A DNA stretch of 64,000 nucleotides from Candidatus Bathyarchaeota archaeon (GCA_963827165.1 CAWGZR010000005.1:1-64000); one strand, 5' to 3'; numbered from the stretch's first letter, positions 28,128 through 38,110 are shown. Notes: a model not told the origin generated them from the sequence alone. A program made the numbers and translations.

Positions 28128-28519
28128 TTAAGGTCCTCCGGATCAACCCATATAATCTGGTCTGGTTCATTCTGCGTCTGTTGCTCAGTTGGTTTAGCGC
28201 CGCTAAGCTCGGTCTGCTCCATGTTGATTTGACGCATGAGATTTAGAGCAGCAATTCGAGCTCTGTCGCTTTTCGCTTGTGAGTACATGAAGCTGGCTTT
28301 ACGGTACAACTGCTCATGACGGTTCTGAGCTTTTAGCAACGCACGCGAGAGACTTTGAATAAGCGGCTGCCAAGTTGACTTTGTCTTCAAGTCGTGGTAG
28401 CCAGTGACTTTGGAGACGCCGAATTTGGCGCATACTTCCTTTACTATTTCACGATCGTTTAAGCCGTCTCCTTCGAGCTTTAACTCAAAGAGGTATCTTT
28501 CAAGCGTTTCTTCGAGCAT
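27995..28519 (-). CDS. terminase small subunit (N-terminal HTH)
   Basis: GLNDREIVKEVCAKFGVSKVTGYHDLK; immediately upstream of TerL. Confidence 0.75.
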   Translation of the reverse strand: MLEETLERYLFELKLEGDGLNDREIVKEVCAKFGVSKVTGYHDLKTKSTWQPLIQSLSRALLKAQNRHEQLYRKASFMYSQAKSDRARIAALNLMRQINMEQTELSGAKPTEQQTQNEPDQIIWVDPEDLKRQYTPSDTKPTQDNLASTSTPQGSECSTVEGAGAKPSAAPTNS

Positions 28520-28540
28520 AAGAATCAGTTTTTTTAAGTT

Positions 28541-29014
28541 TCACTTAACTTTTTTTGGAACATATTTTAAAGAGACGGTTAAGCGTCCTCTACTGTTTGA
28601 GCGGACGAGTTCCCGGTTTATTCTTGTGTCGCCTCTGCCATGGCTGCCATGCCCAACACGCTTGATGATCCAGTTACCAAGGTCTCCACGGACCAGCTGT
28701 GGGTTACTCGTAATTAGATAGAACGGCAGTCTGGTCTGGGATGTGTAGAGCTCTGCGATAAAGTTCAGCAGACGCTTACCAACACCTATCCCTTGATAGT
28801 CAGGGAGAACCACAAGACGGCTAACCCGATAATAATTTGCTTTCATACGCACGTGTGCCACAGCGATAAAAGCAATGGGTTTTTGGTTGTACATCGCTGC
28901 GTAGCATCTGACTCCGGCGCCGAGTTTGCTGTTTAGATAATGATATTGCCGAAACATCTGCCACATGGAACCGCCGCACCGATAAACTTGGAGCTCAACG
29001 GGCGGCCTGCTTCT
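28541..29014 (-). CDS. GNAT (Mom-like) acetyltransferase, entered by a -1 shift from the ATPase frame
   Basis: WQMFRQYHYL; RVSRLVVLPDYQGIGVG acetyl-CoA motif; upstream RPPVELQVYRC in the same frame after the A7 run. Confidence 0.85.
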   Translation of the reverse strand, partial: RSRPPVELQVYRCGGSMWQMFRQYHYLNSKLGAGVRCYAAMYNQKPIAFIAVAHVRMKANYYRVSRLVVLPDYQGIGVGKRLLNFIAELYTSQTRLPFYLITSNPQLVRGDLGNWIIKRVGHGSHGRGDTRINRELVRSNSRGRLTVSLKYVPKKVK

Positions 29015-29617
29015 TTTTTTCGGCTAAACTCCATTGTGTCCGTGCAGAAAACCCAATCGGGATCAAGCCAATCGATAACATCATAGTGGCACGTAACGGC
29101 AATGAATTTCTTGTTTGTTCTTCGGACGGCTTTGCTTATGGCATAGGCACTAACTTTAGCAATCTCACGGTCTACGACGCTTGTAAACTCGTCAAATACG
29201 ATTTGTGGCTGTTCATAGACTGAGAGCTCTTGCGATGTCTACTCGCATTTTCTCTCCTTGACTGAGGGCATCGTAGCTTTTGAGCCAATCAGGGGGTGAA
29301 GCAAAACCAACGCTGCAGAGGTTCTTTGTTATCTCGTTTACCTGTTGTCCTTCAGGAAAATCGTCGAGAATAGATTCATGGGTATAGGCAAAATCTTTGA
29401 TGTAGCTGTCAGCGAAGAGAGTTTTGGCTATGCTCGTTTTACCAGTCCCGCTACGACCTACTATGACGCCGATCTGCCAAGTATTATCCTCAATCGGAAT
29501 TTGTCCAGTGAAGTGCTTCTCCATCTTGCAATCAACGAGTGTGAAGCTGCCGATGACTGATTGCGCTCGAAAACTGTTTGGCTTATTCCAGGTTCTCATA
29601 AAGTCAAAAGACGGCAC
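28933..29617 (-). CDS. ABC-family ATPase interrupted by a +1 break at CTA TGA A (29213-29215)
   Basis: Walker A GRSGTGKT and signature LSQGE in frame 1; Walker B IVFDEFTSVVDR and H-loop VTCH in the +1 frame. Confidence 0.85.
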
Positions 29618-30132
29618 TTGTACCCCTCACCTGTTAGTTTGTTGAAGATGGCTTGTTGGTGAACCTCATCTTCGCATTCAAGTACAACCTCAAAAGTCGC
29701 AGCAAGCGTTATGCCTTTTTCTTCGCTTAGAAGGTTCTTGAGTTTCTCATCGGAAACCATAACTAAGTACTTGAGTTCTTCTTCCTTTCCCGCTTCGATA
29801 ATGCGTTCATACTCAGCCCTGTCAAGTTCAGGGTCATGCTTGCCTCTGAGCTTGTTTAAGACTTGTCTGAGTAATCTGCGGTCAACATCTTCTACTGGTA
29901 GGCGTATAACTGAGACTTCAACCATGCCCAAGGCTTTAGCGGCTGTGTAGCGTTGTTCTCCATCAGCGATTAAGAGATCCTTGTTGGTTATGATGGGAAC
30001 GATGAAGCCCCATTTCTTGATAGAAGTTTTAAGGCGTTCGAGCTGGTCTTTGCTCATCTTATTTGGGTTCTGCCCATCCGTCTTAACGTCGCTGATCTTT
30101 ACCGTTTCAGCGGCAGGAATAACTATTGACAT
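29596..30132 (-). CDS. ParB/Srx N-terminal domain protein
   Basis: NPNKM...SIKKWGFIVPIITNKDLLIADGEQRYTA. Confidence 0.9.
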   Translation of the reverse strand: MSIVIPAAETVKISDVKTDGQNPNKMSKDQLERLKTSIKKWGFIVPIITNKDLLIADGEQRYTAAKALGMVEVSVIRLPVEDVDRRLLRQVLNKLRGKHDPELDRAEYERIIEAGKEEELKYLVMVSDEKLKNLLSEEKGITLAATFEVVLECEDEVHQQAIFNKLTGEGYKCRLLTL

Positions 30133-30462
30133 CTATCGGATAACCAACTTTTCAATCAGAATAACTGCAAGACTGACCAAGCCGACTAGGCTGGTGCTTC
30201 CTATGGCTATGAGGATTTTTTGAGTTACTTCTAGCTGCTGAACTTTGGCAACAAGACCTGACTGCAAATCCTCGCCCACAAGCGCCTTTTCTATTCGGTT
30301 AACTTGAGCGGTGTTTGTGTGTATTGCTGTGATGTAGGGACAAACGGGGTTTTTGTTTGCATCCGGACAAATCTCTTGCTGTTCAGTTTCTTCATTTGGT
30401 TCCAGTTGAAATTCCTCCGAATGCTTGTAGGGTTTGAAAGGCGCCTTGACCAAGTGGGTCAT
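30133..30462 (-). CDS. viral coiled-coil + C-terminal TM protein
   Basis: IEKALVGEDLQSGLVAKVQQLE followed by a TM helix. Confidence 0.65.
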   Translation of the reverse strand: MTHLVKAPFKPYKHSEEFQLEPNEETEQQEICPDANKNPVCPYITAIHTNTAQVNRIEKALVGEDLQSGLVAKVQQLEVTQKILIAIGSTSLVGLVSLAVILIEKLVIR

Positions 30463-30685
30463 GAAGAACTAAACCAGGCTCAACTTCGGGCACCGCTTCG
30501 GGAGCAGCTTGCTCAAAGGTTGCTGCCAAATGCTGCACAACCTTATCGATTGTTGTTAAGCAAACGGTTTCGCTGATTAACCTGTCACGAAAAGCCTCTC
30601 CGCTAACAAAGCCTTGTGCATCGTGCCATTGCTGGCGTAGTTCGTATGATTTAGACGAACGTCTAAGTCCTCGTTTATGTGTCAT
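30392..30685 (-). CDS. first gene of the late operon, hypothetical; start probably ATG 30685
   Basis: Co-oriented ORF overlapping the next gene. Confidence 0.45.
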   Translation of the reverse strand: MTHKRGLRRSSKSYELRQQWHDAQGFVSGEAFRDRLISETVCLTTIDKVVQHLAATFEQAAPEAVPEVEPGLVLHDPLGQGAFQTLQAFGGISTGTK

Positions 30686-30963
30686 ACTAGAAAGCCGCTC
30701 ACCACAACTTTTGGATGAAGGGGGCGAACTCAGAATAGCCTGGAGCAACTGCTCCCCCGCCAAGAGTTTTTGCGCAAAAGATATAACATCTAACATAAAA
30801 AACTATCTATTGCATCTCTATTCGCATCAAGCCGATTTTTAGCTAAAACAGTCTATTAAAAGCTTTTTTTAACGTCAAGTAACGGCTTTTTAGCATTTTG
30901 TATTTATTCTTGTATTAATTGAAAAATGAGCTATTTTTTGGCACAAGCGGATTAACCATGGCT

Positions 30964-31201
30964 TTAGGGTGTGTAAATTACTACTGGATTGTTTTCTTGT
31001 TTCATTATCAAGTTGTACTTGCTAATAACTGAGATAATGGTTAACCTTGAGTCAGAACTTATGTCGCACTTTAACCGTATCACAAAATCCTCGCTTTGGG
31101 GGGGGGGGGAAACGGTCAAGAGAGATAGCATCCACAGGTAGGGATTCTTGGAATGCATCCTTTAGTTCATGTAAAACTGTTAAGGCTTCAGCTTTCTTCA
31201 T
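30964..31201 (-). pseudogene. small hypothetical protein, frameshifted near a G12 tract
   Basis: MKKAEALTVLHELKDAFQESLPVDAIS* then EDFVIRLKCDISSDSR...VVIYTP in another frame; G12 at 31098-31109. Confidence 0.45.
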
Positions 31202-31501
31202 AGCACTTGCTTATCTGCTATCAAGAGATATTAATGCTTTTGCCAATGCGGTTTATCTAAAGTCTTTGTTTTTGGTTTTTAAAGCATAATCTCCCTATCA
31301 AATGATAAATCGACCTTCCCGCGCGGATTAGCTATGGGCGCGTGGTTACATCATTCCCCTCAGAAGGCAACTAAACAAACGATGCTTCAAAAGTGCAGAG
31401 AATTGAGCAAATATTTGCGCGCAAGATTTCAGGGATTTCAGAACCTAAAATAGCTTGCTTGAATGAAAAAAAAGAAAAATTGAAGTTCAAAAAGAACTCA
31501 A

Positions 31502-32383
31502 TTACCCGGTTGCAGTGTACTCGCCAAACCAGGCGTCATTATTCAGGTAGTCTTCAGGTGCAAAGTGGTTGAAGCTGTTCGCATAGGGATTTAAATAGGG
31601 GGTGTTTTCGAAATAGACAGTGTAACAGGGTCCGTTGTTCTGCTGATATTGTACATTGCTCCATTGTCCGAAGATGTTATTTTGTATCCCAGATGCGATT
31701 GTTGACTCGCATGATGAGTAGACGAATGTCGTCGAACTGAAGCCGCAAATTCGAGAAGCGAACATATGCCATGTATTAGCATTGCCAGGATTGAAGTTGT
31801 ACCATGCCGTCCAATTTGAGTTATCTTGTGCAGCAGCCACTTCGATGGTTTGACCAAGCGCTAACCCTGATGGAGAGTAATCTTGATGTTCGACGTTGAC
31901 CTGGTAACCGCCCCACCAAGTTGTCAAGTAAAGGAAAGGGGTTCCCCAGCCGTTGTTATAATCAACTTGAATTCCGACTTCCGCAACGTTGTATTCCACC
32001 GTGCTGGAGCCAGACCCAGTGTCATATACAGCGCCTAACCCCATCCAGTTATTAAAAGAATTCGAACCCATTCCTATCGCGTCGAGTGCTACATCAGCGT
32101 ATACTGCGGTCACGGTGGTTTCAGGCTGGCCAATTATACACCCATAAGGTCCAGATGTCTGAGGTGACGCACTAGATATTTGCGTCGAATTTATCTGTGA
32201 TGGTATAAACGATCCGCCTATTGAGTTAACCACAGCTCCATGTATGGGCTGCAAAAAAACATTTGCCACCATCAAGCTCAAGAGCATGACTGCAATTATT
32301 CCAACTATTCTTTTTCCTTGTCTCACTTTCAAATTCCTCGCGGTTGTTATGGATTGGTTGTATAAGAGACTTTCGTAAGACAC
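31502..32383 (-). CDS. secreted beta-rich protein, neprosin/G1 peptidase-like candidate
   Basis: Signal/TM; NNWMGLG...VAEVGIQ...GQTIEV...NWTAWY...SSCES. Confidence 0.6.
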   Translation of the reverse strand: MSYESLLYNQSITTARNLKVRQGKRIVGIIAVMLLSLMVANVFLQPIHGAVVNSIGGSFIPSQINSTQISSASPQTSGPYGCIIGQPETTVTAVYADVALDAIGMGSNSFNNWMGLGAVYDTGSGSSTVEYNVAEVGIQVDYNNGWGTPFLYLTTWWGGYQVNVEHQDYSPSGLALGQTIEVAAAQDNSNWTAWYNFNPGNANTWHMFASRICGFSSTTFVYSSCESTIASGIQNNIFGQWSNVQYQQNNGPCYTVYFENTPYLNPYANSFNHFAPEDYLNNDAWFGEYTATG

Positions 32384-32597
32384 TATAAACCAACCGTTTG
32401 CTTGTCAGGTCTTCAAGAAAAAAATTGCGTGTGTTCAGTAATCCCAGAGGTCGACAAAGGAGTTCTGAAGTCAGGGATAGGAAATAAATTTAGCTCCCAA
32501 AAACAAAAATGCTGCAAACCGTTTTAGCGCCCGTCCTCACGACGCTCCAACATATACAGTTAATTACTCCCCTAACATTTAGCAACTCAATTTAAGT

Positions 32598-34124
32598 TTG
32601 CTTCGCAAAAGCAGAAGGACATGCATGAAAAATAGACTGATAATAGCCTTATCACTTATGGTAATAGCGGTCATTACAATATCATTGCTTGCGGCTTCAG
32701 AAAATAAACTGCCTTCTCCCTCTCTTGTTGGGGCTAAGAAGCCCTTCTATCTTGGCGTCACATACTGCGGCAGTTCGGTTGCCGGGGCCGACCAATTAAT
32801 CGACAGCATAAAGAATTGCACTAATCTGTTTGTAGTGCAGTCTGGACCCTTGATGGATAATCTTACCGACCTAAATCAGGTATGCAGCTATGCTGTTCAG
32901 GCTGGGTTGAAGATTATAGCGTACTTCACCAACACCAGTCCCACCGTAAATGTGCCCTCATTCATCAGCCATGCTCAGGCTACGTGGGGCAGCAACTTTC
33001 TGGGTGTCTATTATTGTGATGAGCCTGGAGGAAAAATGCTTGATACCGGAATTGCTGTAACTTCCGACGATTTGATTATAAGTGGAGCATATGGCGAAGT
33101 CGATGAAATTCCCCAAAACCAAACTCAACCCCAACTTTCCTACTCTACATCGGGCATAGTATCAATAGTACGGTTCACCAACCAGTCAACTGTAAGCCCG
33201 TTTCTAACACCTGTCATTACAACTTATTACCCTAACGGCACCATTACTTATACAGCTTTTACGACACTAATCTACGAGCCAAACGGCAAAGTTCTAAACG
33301 AAAACGGGCAAGTTGTAACTAACCAGGGTAACATTTCGCAGTTTGAACCCTACCAGCAAGTCCTGAATCAAGACCCTCTGCTCAATTACACCGATGCTGC
33401 TAACTTATACGTGAGCAATTTAAAGTCGACGTTGTCTGGTATTGGCAATCAAACAGACGTTAATCTTTTCACCTCTGATTATGGGCTCTACTGGTATGAT
33501 TACCTAGCAGGTTATAACACCGTATTTGCTGAACAATTTGGGACAAACGCCGACACACAAGCCTTAGCTTTAGTGCGGGGTGCTGCTGACATGCAGGGTA
33601 AAAATTGGGGCGTTATGATTGAGCCTTCATGCCAGTCGCCGCTTACACTTCAAACGGGCGATCAAATATACGGCGAGCTAAAACAGGCATATGAGGATGG
33701 CGCTGAGTATGCGGTGTTATTCAACTATGCGCCAAATTGCAATAGTACATTAGGGCTTTTACGGGACGAGCAGTTTGCCGCAATTCAGAGATTCTGGGAA
33801 AATGTCGTACAGAACCCTAAAGAAACCAATAACGTCACTGTGCAAGTCGCATTGGTTTTGCCTGCTAACTATGGGTTCAGCATTTCAAGCGCGGGGCACG
33901 ACACGACAAGCAAAATTGACACTATTTGGGGTATATGGGGACCAGACGTAAACTCGAAGCAGGTTTGCAGCTCAGTGCAGCAGTCCCTTGCTAAATATGG
34001 GTCAAGACTTGATATCATATATGCGGATTCAGGTTATCCGACCGCTGGAAGATATCAACAGGTGATATACTGGAATATCCCTCGACAACCCTTCTTAATG
34101 ATAAAGCAGTGGCTCAATGTTTAG
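32598..34124 (+). CDS. exported protein, glycoside hydrolase-like barrel candidate
   Basis: N-terminal TM; FLGVYYCDEPGG, FTSDYGLYWYDY, VFAEQ, LVRGAA..WGVMI. Confidence 0.7.
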   Translation: MLRKSRRTCMKNRLIIALSLMVIAVITISLLAASENKLPSPSLVGAKKPFYLGVTYCGSSVAGADQLIDSIKNCTNLFVVQSGPLMDNLTDLNQVCSYAVQAGLKIIAYFTNTSPTVNVPSFISHAQATWGSNFLGVYYCDEPGGKMLDTGIAVTSDDLIISGAYGEVDEIPQNQTQPQLSYSTSGIVSIVRFTNQSTVSPFLTPVITTYYPNGTITYTAFTTLIYEPNGKVLNENGQVVTNQGNISQFEPYQQVLNQDPLLNYTDAANLYVSNLKSTLSGIGNQTDVNLFTSDYGLYWYDYLAGYNTVFAEQFGTNADTQALALVRGAADMQGKNWGVMIEPSCQSPLTLQTGDQIYGELKQAYEDGAEYAVLFNYAPNCNSTLGLLRDEQFAAIQRFWENVVQNPKETNNVTVQVALVLPANYGFSISSAGHDTTSKIDTIWGIWGPDVNSKQVCSSVQQSLAKYGSRLDIIYADSGYPTAGRYQQVIYWNIPRQPFLMIKQWLNV

Positions 34125-34540
34125 GGGCCGTGCAATTCGTTGTGTTGTTGTGTTCTCTGTTGCTGTATTAATTAAGCATCGAAAAACCGAAAACCTTTCA
34201 AAAAGCGCTTCTACGCGGCTGAGACTACCTTACCTTCATTTTTTTAGTTATTTAGGGCACAATCCTCTTATACGATAATTGATGTTTAGGTTTGTGCAAC
34301 GTTGGCGCTTTTGGGTATGTTTACGCTTTACTGTTGCTTATTGTAGGCAAGCTCAAAAGCGACGTTAGCGCGCGATTGCATCTAGGTAATAATGGTGCCT
34401 CTGGACCTGAATTGTCGGTTTTTGTCCATCGCAGTGTCATAAAATTTAGCATTTGACTTTCCGAGAAAAAGGCTGTTGTTACGTCTTAACAACAATCGTT
34501 AAATATTAACAACCCAAAAAATAGTGAGAGACCTCGCAAA

Positions 34541-34680
34541 ATGCGAAAACACGATGTAACCATAGCCCTCTCAAACCGCATACTCCAAAAAAAGTGACCA
34601 AGAAGCTACAAAGTGCAAGAAAAGATCAGGAAGCGAATACACGAAATTATTCTTCGAAGAGCTCTTTTTACGCCTTCAAA
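34541..34680 (+). pseudogene. possible ribbon-helix-helix remnant
   Basis: MRKHDVTIALSNRILQK then frame break in an A-run, continuing DQEATKCKKRSGSEYTKLFFEELF. Confidence 0.3.
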
Positions 34681-34798
34681 CTTGGACAGACAAAGAGTCT
34701 CCTTAAAGCTTATCAAAGAAAGCTTGTTCGCGAATAAACTTTTCTTGAGTATCCTATTATGATAATAGTCTCGATTGTTTTGATTTCTAACAAAATAT

Positions 34799-35662
34799 TT
34801 AATAGAGCGGTGGATTCTGGACTACCTGCCCTGTTGCCGCATCAATTAAGATAAAATCCATAGGTGGCATACTTAGTATGCCAGATTTTTGCATATCTAT
34901 TTGCCAGACATAAATGTAAATTACACCATTACCGGTGACATGTGAATAGTTTTCTGGAGGATTTGTCAAGTCGCCTGTTGATGGATTAACCTTAATCGGC
35001 AGTGATTCACTGTGAACGGTGTCGTTGGTCACAATGGACCAGGGCATGAGATTAATGTACAATGTCATGCCTTGAAGTGACGTTTTGTTCCAGTCATCAG
35101 CTTCTAAGCCTATTAGGAGTGCTTGGTACATTGAAACTGGCGGTCTAAATGAAGAATTAGTATCTGTAATGGGAACTACTCCAAATCTACTATAGTATGC
35201 TGCTGCGTCTTTCCCGTTAACTTGGTCAAATTCTTTCTGAATTGAGGTTGTTTGATTGTACTCAAATAATGCAATCGCCGAGCTCGCAATCAAAAGAGCT
35301 ATCAGCATAAAGGCAACTGGTTTCAAGCCTAACTTACCGCCAAAGAAGCGTCTATGTGCTTTTTCTCGTCCGCTACTTTTTGGTGATGCGTTCTCTACGG
35401 TTTGCACAGTTAACAGAGCATCTTTTCCTTCGTCAGATAAGCAATATTTGCCATATTCATCAGTTTTTATCAAGCCGTTAAGTTTAGTTAGGTGATGTTG
35501 CAGGTGTCCGCTACTTTCAATGGCTGTCTTTTTCTTCAATTCAGCAAACCCTAAAGCACCTTCGCTTAGAACCTTCAGAATCAGTATACGTGTTGGATGC
35601 CCAAGTGCGTCAAATACCTCTGCACGTTGCCTGTCATGCTCTACCTGTTTTTCATCTTCCAT
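34799..35662 (-). CDS. membrane-spanning ArsR-like regulator: wHTH + TM + extracellular PepSY-like end
   Basis: VFDALGHPTRILILKVL...SSGHLQHHLTKL; one TM; C-terminal FILIDAATGQVV; palindrome GTCCAG-N4-CTGGAC at 35754-35769. Confidence 0.85.
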   Translation of the reverse strand: MEDEKQVEHDRQRAEVFDALGHPTRILILKVLSEGALGFAELKKKTAIESSGHLQHHLTKLNGLIKTDEYGKYCLSDEGKDALLTVQTVENASPKSSGREKAHRRFFGGKLGLKPVAFMLIALLIASSAIALFEYNQTTSIQKEFDQVNGKDAAAYYSRFGVVPITDTNSSFRPPVSMYQALLIGLEADDWNKTSLQGMTLYINLMPWSIVTNDTVHSESLPIKVNPSTGDLTNPPENYSHVTGNGVIYIYVWQIDMQKSGILSMPPMDFILIDAATGQVVQNPPLY

Positions 35663-35877
35663 TTTCGCCCTCTCCTAGTTTCTTGTTCATCAATGTCCAA
35701 TACTCTATTTAATACCTCTTTTGTAGACCAAATAAAAAGTAAATGAACAATTAGTCCAGTTTTCTGGACACAATATTGTCCAGTCAAAAAAAAGCGTGAC
35801 CTAGTCGATTAATGATTAAGCAAAAACTAACTGACAATACTGTATAGAGTCTATATCCACATCGCATATTAAGAGTT

Positions 35878-37227
35878 GTGATATGTGATATGTTGGGGAT
35901 TATGAAGATGAATAAAAAATTTAAACTACTCTTAACGTCAACAATTTTGATTGCAATTCTCGCAATATCATGCAGTTATGCAATATTGACGCCAATTGCA
36001 AAGGCAGAGACAGAAACGAACTCAGGTGGACCACAAATTACTGCGGCTTCTTCAAATGGAACCTTAACCACACCAATTTATATGCCTGGAATCGGGAATT
36101 CAACTCAGTCAGCAAACATAGACCCTTCTTCGACCAATTTAAAAGCAAACAACATTACGTTAGCTGATTCAACAATTCTTAGTGCGCAGCCAATGACTTG
36201 GGGAAATCGTTGGTGGATAATTGATCAATGGACGACGCCTTCATACATGAGTGGTTCATTTACAGCTGTTGCCGATTCATTCCAAGGCTGGAGTTCTGGT
36301 GATGCAATTATTTATGAGCCCATGAACGTGGCTTATGGTACATCCAGCTCAAATTTCAACTGGTTCCAGTTTTGTATATTCTTTAATCAGAACGGGACCG
36401 TAAATTGGGGTGTCCAAGATACTCCATTAGGTGGATCTAGTTATACATGGTATCCAGCGCCAATGTCTTATACAGTGGGGCACTCCTATAGTTTCTCCTT
36501 CACCACATCTGGCAGTAGCACTGTTGTCTTCAGTCTAACTGACACTACAACTAACAATCCACAAACACATAGCTTCAGTTCTCCCGGAGTGACAATTCTA
36601 GTGAATCCTATCTATAATAGCCAAGAGAGTTATTCGCCAGCAAGTTGTGTTGAAGGCTGGAACAATGCCAACCAAGTGACTAACGCCCCAACTTTTACAA
36701 CAACAATTGGCACAGGTGAAAGCAATTACTACTATTGGACATTTGTATCTACAGGTGCTGCGATAAATGGTGTTACTACTAATGTTGTTGTAAGCGGCTC
36801 TAATTACCAGTGGTCAATGACACCGGCGACGTTTATATCAAGCCTCTACGGAAATCCCATACCGATTGGACAAGGATCAGTTACAAATGCAAACTATATC
36901 ATAGGCGCACCTAACAGTCAAGATGCAGTAATTTATGGAGGAAATCCTGGCGATGGCGGAAGCATAGGTGGAAATTTAGTTACAAGTACTGGCGGAACAA
37001 TTGTGGTTGATGGTTATGTTTCACCCGGCTACTATAGCGACCTGATTATATACGTGTCCGTTGATGGGTCAACATGGATTCAGGCAGGAAGTATCCTTGT
37101 TGGGTCGAATTCCGGAACACATATTGATGTATGCACATATTCTAGCGCTTTCAACTACATTCAAGTTACCGGCTATGACTATACAGATAGCGTAAACTTT
37201 CATTTAGACGCCGTTTATGTAACATAG
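35878..37227 (+). CDS. secreted thermopsin/G1 peptidase-like protein, intact paralog of 573..1830
   Basis: Signal peptide; EPMNVAYG..WFQFCIFF..ASCVEG; C-terminal beta domain. Confidence 0.75.
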   Translation: MICDMLGIMKMNKKFKLLLTSTILIAILAISCSYAILTPIAKAETETNSGGPQITAASSNGTLTTPIYMPGIGNSTQSANIDPSSTNLKANNITLADSTILSAQPMTWGNRWWIIDQWTTPSYMSGSFTAVADSFQGWSSGDAIIYEPMNVAYGTSSSNFNWFQFCIFFNQNGTVNWGVQDTPLGGSSYTWYPAPMSYTVGHSYSFSFTTSGSSTVVFSLTDTTTNNPQTHSFSSPGVTILVNPIYNSQESYSPASCVEGWNNANQVTNAPTFTTTIGTGESNYYYWTFVSTGAAINGVTTNVVVSGSNYQWSMTPATFISSLYGNPIPIGQGSVTNANYIIGAPNSQDAVIYGGNPGDGGSIGGNLVTSTGGTIVVDGYVSPGYYSDLIIYVSVDGSTWIQAGSILVGSNSGTHIDVCTYSSAFNYIQVTGYDYTDSVNFHLDAVYVT

Positions 37228-37652
37228 CGGTAAAAACCGTATATAGGACAATTAGCCTTTTTTTTCTTTATATTCTACCCTAAATGTTCGGTTATGTTAC
37301 TTTTGAAGCAAAATATGCCGATAACTCTTTTGTTCTTTAAACTCCCAATCCTTTTATTTGCAACCTTAGCAATGAAGTCGGGGAAAACGCTAAGTAACCT
37401 TCTTAGGCAGCGAAATCGGAACGAAGAAAACAAACTCTTGATACATAGCTGAAAACGCCGTCTTTAATAGAAGACAAGTACTCCTTAATTATTCCGCCCC
37501 TAAAATAACCAATAACCTATTAAGTGATATTACAAAGTAAACCGAGAAATTCATTTTAGCTTTAATTGATCGTCACAAGAAAATTTGCGTAGTTTTACCT
37601 AACTAACAAGATGTATGAGATAATTGTAGCGGCGGGCGACGGTTTTTTGTGT

Positions 37653-38110
37653 TCAAGCAATTTTCTTTTCTGTTTCGCTCCAAATTTCCACTGCAAAGCT
37701 GGTTAGTGCCCAATGCCAACCGCGCTTTTCCACAACATGCTCGCCGAATTCTTTCTCTAAGCGTTTATTCATTCTTAGAATTCTCCTGCTGACCTGATGC
37801 CTGTTAACCTTAAACCTTTGAAGCTTAACAGCCAAATCCTTCGGCAGCAGCCCTGAAGAACCAACCTCAAAGAGTCCCTGCAAAATCTCACGGTCTACCT
37901 CATCAGAACACACAACTCGCTCGATTAGTGATTGCTCAAAATTGAAAGAACCCTTCAGGCCAGCGAAAATCGTGCGTAACATCAGCTTGACCTCTTCAAC
38001 CTCTGCCAACGTCTGCTTGAGGAGTTGCTGGTTATACTTCAAGCGACCAATTTTATCGCTTTGACTGCGCTTCTTTTTGTTATTTTGAACAGGTTTTTCA
38101 GCGGTTTCCA
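37653..38110 (-). CDS. coiled-coil + C-terminal wHTH protein; start probably ATG 38110
   Basis: DEVDREILQGL...PKDLA...RHQVSRRILRMN...KRGWHWALT. Confidence 0.75.

Noticed and set aside
31098-31109. G12 tract as a phase-variation switch
   Set aside because: The N-terminal frame already stops (TGA) before the tract, so length change alone would not restore the gene; homopolymer length is also error-prone
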